64,000 nt of DNA. It comes from Eutreptiella sp. 'Long Island Sound 2002'. Taxonomy: Eukaryota > Protista > Euglenida. The position numbers and the translations under genes were made by a program. Where the stretch lies: the NCBI GenBank assembly GCA_964036045.1, contig OZ038378.1:197532001-197596000 (forward strand). The letters are read 5' to 3'. This document shows positions 48,253 through 58,400 of the stretch, piece by piece. Within the stretch, counting starts at the first letter, position 1. The number at the start of each line of letters is the position of its first letter. The notes under the pieces were generated by a model that had not been told where the DNA came from, ran no database searches, and worked only from the letters and a program-made list of their open reading frames with translations.

Positions 48253-51200
48253 TTGGGCGCATCCGGCGGCTACTTTCATGCAATGAGTATATAGCCGTGA
48301 GCCAAACAACCTATGTTTAATCATCGACCACAGTCGACGGCCATGTGCGTGGGAGGACTCCCATTTGTGCCACCAGTTTAACACTCGGGGGGCTAGGGCG
48401 TCTGGCACACACAATTTACCCTCCATCCACAGCTTCCCCCCATCCAACGAGTACTCAGCAAAAATCCCATCCTTGTGAGCATCTTTGGATTGGAGATTTC
48501 CAAAGACCTCTTTAAACATGGGATCCTGCAGATAATCGGACGTCCAGTCATGGATGATCAGGGAATCTTTAGGCAGGGGTGGAGTTTTGGCCGGATCTCG
48601 ACGCTTAATGCCCTGGATCAACCGAAATCGACTTACTTGTCGGGTATAGTCAAACCGTTTCACACTCCCTGAGGAGGGATCGGTGACTTTTTCCACGACT
48701 TTCAGTGTTTTGGTGCAGATCTCATGAGCATGCGCCGGATCTGTGATGGCCGTGATGTCATGGCACGGTAATGCGTGCTGTTTAACAGCGCATTGCATGC
48801 ATGCACGTCGAATGAGTTTCTTTTCTTCCTGATCCCATTCGATGATTACATGGCGGTCCTGCTCCGTACCATGGATGTTGGTACTTTGCAGCCCCTCTGA
48901 GGCGGGGTAAGCCCATCGGCTCAGAGCATCCGCTACCGTGTTGTGTTTTCCAGGCAAATACGACACATGGAGGTCAAACAGACTGAGAAATTCGTGCCAT
49001 CTGGCCCGTCGGCCAGCTGGGCTCGCGACAGTATCAATGTGTTCAGTGGCCCAATACTCCAGAGATCGATGATCCGTCAGGACCTCGACTCGATTGGTGC
49101 CAACCCACGATTGGTACTTTTTTAAAGCACAGATGATGGCGTAGGTTTCTTGCTCACGCGGCGACCATTGCATTTGGCGTGGGGCTAGCTTCCGAGACCA
49201 AAATGCAAGAGGGTAATGATCGCCGGTGGCTTCATCAACCTGTTCAAGAACAGCTCCGATCGCGTACCTAGAAGCGTCGGTTCTAATGTAGAAGGGTCTG
49301 TCAAATTGGGGCACATGCAACGTGGCGACTTCGCAGAGGGCTGCCTTCAAGTGATGGAAGGCCTCCTCGCACTCGTCAGTCCACTTGACACGAACCTTTG
49401 AACCTGCCTTGCCCGCATCTCTCCCTACCTTCAATAATTCAGTCAGGGGGGCAGCAAATTTGGCATAATTCGGCACAAAAGTGTGGTAAAAATTGCAACA
49501 ACCCAGGAATCCTCTCAACTCCGTGATCGTCTCAGGGCGCTTCCACTTCTGAATAGCGACGAGCTTCCCTGGACTGGGTCGTCGAGTGCCATTCTCTAGG
49601 AGAGAACCACAAAATTCGACTGATTTTAAAAATAATTTTCCCTTCTTCCGCCCACAAATCAGCTGATTGGCGTCAAGAATGTCCAAAACTTGGTTCAGCT
49701 GCTTCTCATGTAGGGCCACCAGCTCGGCTTCGGTCAGTCCCTCCCCTTCCGTCGCGATGATTATGTCATCTATGTACACACTCACGAAGGCACGAAGCTC
49801 AGGATGGGTTGTGAACAGCACATCCTCCATCATTCTTTGAAAAAATGAGGGGGCGTTCTTCAGCCCCATGGGCATTACGGTCCATTGGACTGGGCCACAT
49901 GGCGTGCACATACAGGTGAGAGGTCGGCTGTCCTTCCTCAACGGCATTTGGTGAAAGCCGTGACGGAGATCCAGCACAGAGAACAAACGACCTCTTGCCC
50001 TCTTAGCGATTTCCTCCTCAATGAGGGGCAGGGGGTGCGAATCCGCCTTGGTTTCGGCGTTGAGATTGCGAAAATCAACAACCATTCGCCAACCATCAAT
50101 GGTGTTTTGGTCTGCAGGCGGTGGCTTCGGGACTGTGAAGGGTGAACAGCACCATTCGCTGGTCATACAACCCTCAAGCCAACCAAATTCCCTGAGATTT
50201 CTCTCGATGATTTTTCTGAGGATCTCATGTTTATGTCCATGATTTTCATAAGGGCGCTGTTTTTTTGCCTTGTACCCTTCACGAAGCTCGATGAAGGCTT
50301 CACCGAACTGTCCACGGACAGGGGGATCTTTGATCAACTTTCCTGAAAGGGTTGTGTCCTTCCGTTCCCCAAAAATCTTTTCTCTTGACTTGGAACACAA
50401 TTCAGTGTCCACCTGATCGCCAGGAATTACTGTCGAAAAAACTTTGGCGACTTCTTCGGCTTTGGCAGGAAGAATCTTCTTACGGATGTCCCTAAACAGG
50501 TCCGTATCAACTGCCTCTTGAAGATAGGTGGGTCGTGTGTCGAAATCCCAGAGATTCTCTTCGTGATCCAGCTCCTCGAAAGGATCCATGAAAGCTTCCA
50601 CAGGGGGTTTTTCATAAAAAACTCTGAATTTGCGGCGCGATTGGAGATTTTTCCTCGCCCGTGCACTGAAGATTCTTTTCGATGTCGACCGTATTGGGGA
50701 AGAGGGAGACGAGGCGGATCCATTGGACGTTGAATCACCTTGGGTATCTGATGGACAAAAATCAGAAAAAATAGATTCATCATCAGTACCACGCTCAACC
50801 TCAGATTCAGACCCAACACAGGAATCAGTACCAGAATCAGCAGAATTAGAGTCAGAAAGCTTTCCATCCACCAGGAATGCAAGCGAACTCCAGGACCGCT
50901 GTGGCAGGGGACCTGTGTCGTCCCTGGCATACAGCTTAATCTTCCTGGGAAGTTCGATGTAATCTACACAAATGTCTTGTAATTCCTGAAACCAAGGCTT
51001 GTCGTCCCACAAGGGCACAACTAAAATTGCCTGGGTTTTATCTTGCTTGATTTTGTGGATGACCTGCTGGATTAAGTGAAACGGAGGATTAATCCACAAC
51101 TTCTTGTCCCATTTGTGGGTCCAAGCGTCGCTGAAGTGCTTGTCAAAGCGCTTGTTCTCACGGTTAGCAAAGGCATCATACTGGGGCCAAAAGGAATGGT

Positions 51201-52002
51201 GTTCATGAAAATATTCACAAATTGCATCGCGCCATTTGTCGACAACTCTGTAGGATGAAGAGTGCCAGCGCGAAGGGCGTCGTGGCTGGGAGTCCCTACG
51301 AAGACATTCTAACTCTTGAGAGTAATCGGCACTCCCATTCACCTCTGCAATGGTGACATCTTCACCAAATTTTGGTGTCACCTTTTGCTTCACAAATTCT
51401 TCTGCACTTTTAAACCCTGCGTGCAAAAAACGAAATTCAGGACGCTCCAAGGGACCTGACTCCAGCAAAAAACAACGACGATGACCTACGGGCGCTACCC
51501 TGTTCTTGCGAAGCCAAGGATGGCCCAAATAAAGGTCATACTTTATGTCAGCACGATAGAAGTAGTCATCCTTAAGGACAACTTCTTCCACATTTTGCTC
51601 TTCCCAAAGGTCTTGAGCGACCAAATGAGTTGATATATAACAACCGCGTTGCCCACCTGCGAGAGAATGTCCAGAAACTCCCTCGAGGGTAACAGGATGA
51701 GGCGATTCAAACACGCAGTCGTCGGGTAAGAATGAATTGGATTGGAGATTTACCTCTGATCCATTGTCACACAAACAAGTGGCGAGATGGAAATTTCCCT
51801 TGCAATCAGAGACCCACAGCTTTGTGACAAACTGACGAGCCCTGTGCTTGGACTGTACACCAACCTCGTCCACTACAACAGAAGGATCCGCTGCCGGATC
51901 CAGGGGAGAGGAGACAAGCGACCCTACATCAAGTAATGGTCGATCAGGAATTTGGGGATCATGCCTGAAATCGCCTGGGGAGGGGCGATTTTCGTGGCTC
52001 CC
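48253..52002 (-). CDS. pol: Pol (N-terminal part): aspartic protease, amino (N6-adenine-type) DNA methyltransferase-like domain, reverse transcriptase, RNase H and integrase HHC(C) start
   Basis: CLCDNGSEVNL (PR); DAFA...WINPPF (MTase); WRMVVDFRNLN, LDLRHGFHQ, MPMGLKNAP, YIDD at 49765-49776 (RT); TDASRYAIGAVL, ETYAI, TDHRSL, ADALSR (RH); WH...SH...CAQ. Open and in frame with gag directly after the gag UAG. Confidence 0.95.
50865..51270 (-). other. Dam-like amino-methyltransferase domain inside Pol
   Basis: DAFANRENKRF (51166-51177, SAM-binding motif I-like), DAW...W, WINPPF (51079-51090, motif IV), ILVVPLW...WFQEL. The layout matches the methyltransferase domain known from DIRS1 elements. 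Confidence 0.85.
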
Positions 52003-55000
52003 CTAGGCGTTCTGACCTCCAGCGGCTGCGTTAACATTGTGAACACAGCCTGATTCGTCGATCCACTCATCTTGGAACGGATCATCCGCTGGATTCAGGG
52101 CATTTTCGACATAATCTCGATCCGCATCGGACACCTGATCTGCACCTGAGACCTGATCCACACGATGATTGCCCTTTCCACGTCCACGGCCACGGCCGCC
52201 GGATGATGGACCACCACCGTCGCCACGCCCTCTGCCCTTACCAGAGAAAGGGGTTCCTGAAGGATTTCCCTTACCTTTACCCTGTGATCCTGGAGCATTT
52301 CCTTTATTTGTACCGGATTGAGGGGTTTGGCCTGGATTTCGATTTCCGCCTCCGGCGTTGCCATTGGGACTTGTCTGACCGTTTGGCTGCCCACCGGAAC
52401 CGGATGGAGTCCGATTTCCTTTGCCTTGGGACCCGCCAGGGCCTCCGGTATTTTTGTTTCCACCGGAGGGGGTCGGATTACCCTTTCCCCCCTTGGCACC
52501 ATGCACCTGTCTGTCATTCCTGTCTGAATTCTGCGAATTACTGACATTTTCACCAATCACCTTGTGATCGTAAGCAGACCATCGGTGATTAGCAGTAGAA
52601 TGCGTCTTAGCTCGGTTCGTAGAACCTAAAAGAAGGCAGATGCTACAATGATCCTGAACATTCCGGGTGTCATTCACCTTTTTGTTGCCCTTTTGGGCCC
52701 CATTTTGGGTGTTTTGCTGGGTATTCTTGTTTCCCCCAAGACCCTCATGGAAATTTTGATTGGCGGCATCAGCGAGCCGCTCAACCTCTTCCCACAGTTC
52801 CTGCGGGGTGAACGAAAACACCCAGTTCCTGGCCTTCAGGCGATTGCCATGGAAGCTTACTCCCCTGTTGAGGACTTGGACAAACAAGTCCCGATCCTCG
52901 TGTTCATTAAACTTGATTTTCCACGTGTTTTCAGTGAATTTCACCTTGGTAAACGACGTGGGGGAGCACTTTTGAAGTGCCTCCCTGACCGTAAACCTGT
53001 TGGCCGAGGCGTCAAAGCCATCGACTTCCGCCCACCAGGTCTTGACCTTTTCTTCGGACTGTCTATTCCGAAGGGTGGCGGCGGTTTCTGAGGGGATCTT
53101 GTCAAAAATCAGATTTTTCAGCTCGGCACTAGAAAATTTTTCGCCTGAATGTTCAGATTCTTCTACGAGATTCCAGAAGCGCTGTCTCTTGTCCTGCACT
53201 TCGTGCAAGATTAGTCGCGAGAACGAAGGAAAATTCTTCAACATCTGGTGGTAATGGTCCTCAGGCAGCCGGGATCCACGTACCTCCAACTGTTCCCACA
53301 CCTCATCAAAGGTAAGGGGGGAACTTGAATCCTCACGATCACTCCAGGTCCTGAGCCAAGTGTTGGCCGGCGCTCCCTCAAGGCAGTCCAAGAGGGCCAT
53401 CAGGAACTGATCATCCTGGAGCTTTTGAGTCTTAACCCACAATTTAAATTCCCGTTGGAACTGAGGCCAACGTCTGGGGTTCCCATTATACTTCGGTTGC
53501 TTGGCAACCTGACGAAGTCGCAATGAAGTGGGATTTAGAAGTGAATCCAGCCCAACACCGGCCGTAATGGCAGACACCTTGGCGGCATCATTAGCCACAC
53601 CAGCTCCGGCGAGGGTCTGGGCGAGCAACATCTGGGCTATTGCATTGGAATCAACAGCAGGAAGGGTAGTACGGGAGGCAGTTCGTTTGGCATTCTGAGC
53701 CTCATTCCTAGCCTTCGCCGATCTACTCTGAGATCGAGAGATTGTAACCCTTTCCTTTAGCTTAGTCCTGCTGATCCTTGCGTCGGTGGTCTTAGAGTCC
53801 ACCGAAGGAGCAATCGAAAAAATTTCTGTCGCCTCCTCCGACGGTTCTGTTGTTTGTTCCACCGATGATGCACCCTCAGACCTCATGTGGGTCTTGAAAA
53901 GATCTTTAATTCCCAGCGTCTGAATGATGAGTTGCATTTGATCTTTGAGCAATTGGAGCTCAGTATCTCGCTGTAATCTGCAAGAGCAGTCGGCAGGACA
54001 GTACATACCGTGTCCTGTAGGGCCTGAGCAGGCTGTCGGACCGCTAATCTCAGTGGTTCGCAGCCAGGAGTCCACTTGGGGAGCTCCTTCAGTCCTAATT
54101 TCCAGGCTTGCCTGCCTAGCTGCCTCTAAAATTCCTTCCTCAACCGCGGCGGCTAGATCGTCGCGGATGGAAACAGAGGGATGAGGGGCGGAGGGCCCGG
54201 CAACCGGTGCCTTGGTCTTCTCCTTCGGGAAGGGACTTGCCTCCCAGATCTGCAAAAAAATGGCAAAAGATTCATCTTCTTGAGAACACCACCACATCCT
54301 GGTATTAATTTCTTCCTGAAGAGAGAAAAAATATTCAAATAAAAAATCAGAGGCGATTCTTTCTTGTCCTATCAGCTTAGACGTTGCTAATAGACAAAGG
54401 GCCTCAAGCGCCTCAAGGTTACGGGTCACTTCGGAAGACAAATGGTTGTCCCATTGTGCCCATGAGGCTGGTCGATTATAGGTAGGTACCTCACCTGGAC
54501 CACCCATCTCAATGTCGTCAATGTCGGCGTCGATGGTCTCAAAATGTGGACACTGGTAGGGAGTATTGGTACCTGCCAGGTCCGTAAGCTCCACCGGAGC
54601 GTTGCCATTAGCGTAGGCTGGGAGATTCCAGCTGCTTGATGGCCAATTTCGACTGGGATCTTGATTGTAATCTGGGCCTCCACAGCTGCTGATTTGTGCC
54701 CTTCTTTGGCAATTTGGGCTTGCGCAAGGCATTCCTCTCAAGGCCTCGTTCGCACAGCACCACGGCAGCGTAATCGTTACGTCTCCGGAGGTGGCGGAGT
54801 CTACGGGGCCGTACTGGGGAGCTAGCTGTGGTTGGGACACCAAAGGAACAACATTCAGGTAGCCTCTGCTACCATGAAAGTGCTGCCCTGGGTCGTTGTG
54901 GGTGCCGGAGGGCTCGGGGCCGGCAAGACCAGTGGGGCAGGCACGCGAGGAGTCTCCCTGGATGTTGTTATTGGGGGTAGAACCGGATACTCGGACACCA

Positions 55001-55038
55001 ACAGAGGCGAGAGCAGCGACAACAGAAGCAAGGTCCAT
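52003..55038 (-). CDS. gag: Gag-like protein, 1011 aa, initiating inside the 5' LTR
   Basis: Uninterrupted ORF upstream of pol, with a capsid-like PKYNGNPRRWPQFQREF segment, a CSIC...H...H Zn motif and a G/K/R-rich tail. Confidence 0.88.
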   Translation of the reverse strand: MDLASVVAALASVGVRVSGSTPNNNIQGDSSRACPTGLAGPEPSGTHNDPGQHFHGSRGYLNVVPLVSQPQLAPQYGPVDSATSGDVTITLPWCCANEALRGMPCASPNCQRRAQISSCGGPDYNQDPSRNWPSSSWNLPAYANGNAPVELTDLAGTNTPYQCPHFETIDADIDDIEMGGPGEVPTYNRPASWAQWDNHLSSEVTRNLEALEALCLLATSKLIGQERIASDFLFEYFFSLQEEINTRMWWCSQEDESFAIFLQIWEASPFPKEKTKAPVAGPSAPHPSVSIRDDLAAAVEEGILEAARQASLEIRTEGAPQVDSWLRTTEISGPTACSGPTGHGMYCPADCSCRLQRDTELQLLKDQMQLIIQTLGIKDLFKTHMRSEGASSVEQTTEPSEEATEIFSIAPSVDSKTTDARISRTKLKERVTISRSQSRSAKARNEAQNAKRTASRTTLPAVDSNAIAQMLLAQTLAGAGVANDAAKVSAITAGVGLDSLLNPTSLRLRQVAKQPKYNGNPRRWPQFQREFKLWVKTQKLQDDQFLMALLDCLEGAPANTWLRTWSDREDSSSPLTFDEVWEQLEVRGSRLPEDHYHQMLKNFPSFSRLILHEVQDKRQRFWNLVEESEHSGEKFSSAELKNLIFDKIPSETAATLRNRQSEEKVKTWWAEVDGFDASANRFTVREALQKCSPTSFTKVKFTENTWKIKFNEHEDRDLFVQVLNRGVSFHGNRLKARNWVFSFTPQELWEEVERLADAANQNFHEGLGGNKNTQQNTQNGAQKGNKKVNDTRNVQDHCSICLLLGSTNRAKTHSTANHRWSAYDHKVIGENVSNSQNSDRNDRQVHGAKGGKGNPTPSGGNKNTGGPGGSQGKGNRTPSGSGGQPNGQTSPNGNAGGGNRNPGQTPQSGTNKGNAPGSQGKGKGNPSGTPFSGKGRGRGDGGGPSSGGRGRGRGKGNHRVDQVSGADQVSDADRDYVENALNPADDPFQDEWIDESGCVHNVNAAAGGQNA
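54863..54874 (-). promoter_or_regulatory. Primer-binding site TGGTAGCAGAGG, complementary to the initiator tRNA-Met 3' end
   Basis: Immediately follows the 5' LTR end (CA) on the minus strand and complements CCUCUGCUACCA. Confidence 0.9.
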
Positions 55039-55406
55039 GCTGATTGTTATCCGACAGAAAATCCCAGTCTATGAAGAAAATTGAGGGGAATTATTCTAAA
55101 TACATCTGAGTGTCGAAAACTGTCTGAAAAGATTTAAATAATCCAATTATGTAAAAATGTTTGGCCGATCTGGCCCGCGAGCGCGCGTCAGCGGCAAATG
55201 GCGATTCCAGCTAAAATAGCGGAACGCGGCGGATTTACGGGAAATGGACCGCGGAATCAAATCCGGCATATCAGAAATATATAGGAAATATCCTGAGACT
55301 GAGCTGCGAGGCGGCAATTCCGCCGAAGCAAAGAAAATGACCAAAATGTAGCCAATCTGGACAGAATGTCTGAAAATCTGAGCAGATGGGGCTAGCCGCA
55401 CTTACA
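54875..55406 (-). repeat. 5' LTR (532 bp) with a TATATA-like box at about 55277-55283
   Basis: Direct repeat of 39779-40310 with TG...CA ends. Confidence 0.97.
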
Positions 55407-55411
55407 TTGTG

Positions 55412-58400
55412 GAAGTGTGAAAATAGCAAGTTGGCATCTATCCGTATGAGAGGATTCAGCCATATTTTTTAGTGGTGCCTTGTTTCTTTTGCAAATCACA
55501 AGATTGCATATCCGCCCACAACCGTGTCATGAATTCTAGGTTGAACCCTTGAAAATGGCACAATTTTGTGACCAACCCAAGTTACGGAGAAGTTTTTTTG
55601 TGCATGTGTTTGTTGACATTTGCACTACTTTGTCATTTGATGCCATGGCATGCCACTTAACAACCCTAAACAGTGCAACATGTCTGCGAAACGGTTCTTC
55701 GGTCTCACTGTCCTCTTTAAATACCACCCCCACGCAGTTTATGGCCCACGCGATGCCGGTTCATAAATTGCAAGAAACACATCACGTGGTGCTGCACTGC
55801 GGTTGGGAGGGCGACACATGGTCAGCAGACAGCATGCACTTCCGCATTTGAATTCGCGTATTCTCATCCTGCGCCGATGCAGAACGAAAGGGTGGGGGCA
55901 GAGGAATACAATTCAGCCACAAATTATAGCAAGCCTGAGGCGCCATGAATTGGCGCATGAGTGTGACAGAATAGCACGTCTGTGGTGACAGCGATAGGTT
56001 AACCAGCTACGGTTGCGATGGAACGTTGTGCATATCCCTCAAGTTTGTGGTGCCCCATACCATTGATGTCCTTGGGATTGGCTACGTGTCCTTCAGACTG
56101 CAACAAATGCTTTGAGTTTTTGCTTTGTTTGTTTGTGGAGAGTTTGTGTCCCAGACCCGTACACACCCTAATACCCAACACATTGGTGGACTTCAATTTG
56201 TTGCCAAGCGCGCGAACCTGCCACGGGAAATGAAGTGTTGATGGGGTGCAGTAACACTCATCGTAGCTGACCCCACTCGTTATCTAATTCAATAGTTCAT
56301 TTGACCCTGAATTGCCACACTTGTCATTCCCCAAAATTTTGGGCTGAATGGGGCCGCCATATCCGAGCACCATGCAAATTACCAAAGCACATTAGCAGAC
56401 TTCAAATTGTTGCCAAGCGTAGGAACCTACTATGGGAAATGAAGTATTGAGGGGGTAAGGTAGAATGAAAAGTGATGGCACGCGGCAGTGGTATGCAGCA
56501 ATTGCACCTTGTGGATGCCACATGGACGGCACATCCCGGGGGCCATGCCACTTTTGCTTGCTAGGTTGGGCCATAGTGACGGGCCCTTCCCTAGTAGCGT
56601 TGGTGTGGCTGAAGCATGCCATGGTGCAAGGTGCATTACGAAGGCATGGCACCTATCTTGACAGCGCACGCTCACCGCGAATATGTGTTTCTTCATGGCA
56701 AAACATTACGGAACTGATCGGCATTGTTTGTTTCACATAGTTGCATGATTGGGGAGAGGGCGCCTTGGTGGATGCTTCTCTTTCACAGGTTTCAGCCCAA
56801 CTCTGCGCTCGACCATGCTTAAAACGCCATGAACTTGAAATTAGCGAGCAGTGGACTCAATATGTGCCTATGGACGGTGCCCCAAAACTACGTCCGTTTT
56901 CAGTGCAGTTGCATTGGGAAAGGCCCTCCACACACTCAATGTGTGTGCACAAGCTGGCAACCATCTTCCACAGTTTTCAACCCACTGTAGCATGTTGTGG
57001 GTCACGTACTCCGCGTGCGGTGCTGCATACAAGTCCATTGGGCATTGCAAAGGGTGGTCTCCAAAGAAGCATGCTCCTTAGTGAAATGAGATCTTTCCCT
57101 TTTCTTTGAAAAACCTTTGCTACCCCTCCAATGCAGGAAAACGATGGTGCGCTGCAGCTGTTTCAGAGGAGTTTGCACCACTTTGTGTAGAGGTAACCCA
57201 CAGTGTCACGAGAGGCAAAGCCGATATGCCAAATTTTTGTACGTACAGCAAGTACGCACGACTAAAGGACGTCTCGTCACTGCGGATGGAGCCCTGGAGG
57301 GCTCACCTTGATTGAGAGTGTTTTGACAGCGCTGCCCGCCATGAGCTTCTAGAGCTGACACACTCGATGGCACACAAGTGTGGGGAACATGTGCGCAATG
57401 CATTCCACGCCGTGCATTGCGTGGTTCGTTGTTTCGGGGGGTTGTGTTAGACGTACCGCCTAGAGTAATTTCCTTGCACACCCATGAACAGTAAACCTTC
57501 ATTGTGGTCAAAGCATCACTGCACATTTGGACTTGGTAGCTGGTCCGGATTTCTCCCGTCTACTATCCCTACTTTCACCGCTGCCCATTTCTTTTCTTTT
57601 GTGCAGTGGCAGTCTCCCAAATGAATGGCTTCGTCAAGGTTGGTATGGGCAATGCCTATGAGGAGAAGAGCAAAGTGATGGTAGAGTGGCCTGGAAAAGG
57701 CCTGCCGCCACAAAGACAAGCTGAATGCCGAGAGGATGCAGCACGAGGAGGCAAAGGAGGCCCATTGATGAGCTGCACAAAGCCCCAGGCCAAGGCCAAG
57801 AGGTGCTTGGTGTTGTCGGTGGGATCTTTGAACCACCCACTCCTGAACCCTCCTTTGCCTTGGATAATCTGGTGGTGGTGGACTTGAAATTGCTGCCAAG
57901 CCCAGGAACCCGCCATGGGATAAGAAGTATTGATAGGGTGAGGCTGGTCAGGCCGGTCATGAAGGTCCCCCCAAGGGGGGGGGGGGGGGTAGCACCACAT
58001 GATTGTAGCATGAAAACCGAACCAATTCCAATATAACCTATTTTCCTTCGGCGCCTTCAAGGACTGGGGGCCTTGTTGTTCTTGGCACGGGCAGAATGGG
58101 CACTTTTGGGACGGACAACCCACCAGTGTGGTACTGCTTCTATAGCAGAGAATGAGGCGTGGTGGGAAATAGCAGTCCTGTAGTTGAGGGACACCATTCC
58201 CTTACAACCTACTTTACAAATTACCAATCACAACAGCCCCTCATTTCCCCAAACCTTTAACCTAAAACCGCCTGGTACCTAATTAAGTACCTAATTAAAA
58301 TAATACCATCGGAACGGAAGTGTTCGTTGGACCGAGAGGGGGGGGTTCCCGCTTTTTTGTCAAAGTGACAATCCCCCTATAGGGGGGATGATGACAAGGG

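Larger units (their letters stand above)
39779..55406 (-). mobile_element. Full-length Ty3/Gypsy chromovirus-like LTR retrotransposon (15628 bp including a 4.86 kb nested insertion)
   Basis: TG...CA LTRs, a 5 bp TSD TTGTG (39774-39778 and 55407-55411; empty site at 17109-17113), PBS, polypurine tract, and domain order gag-PR-(MTase)-RT-RH-IN-chromodomain. Confidence 0.97.

Noticed and set aside
43195-48320. Cys/Arg/Pro-rich ORFs over the CTGTCGC arrays
   Set aside because: They are open in several frames on both strands because of the heptamer repeat, and show no domain signal.
54863-54874. tRNA gene
   Set aside because: This is only the 12 nt complement of a tRNA 3' end (the PBS); there is no cloverleaf.
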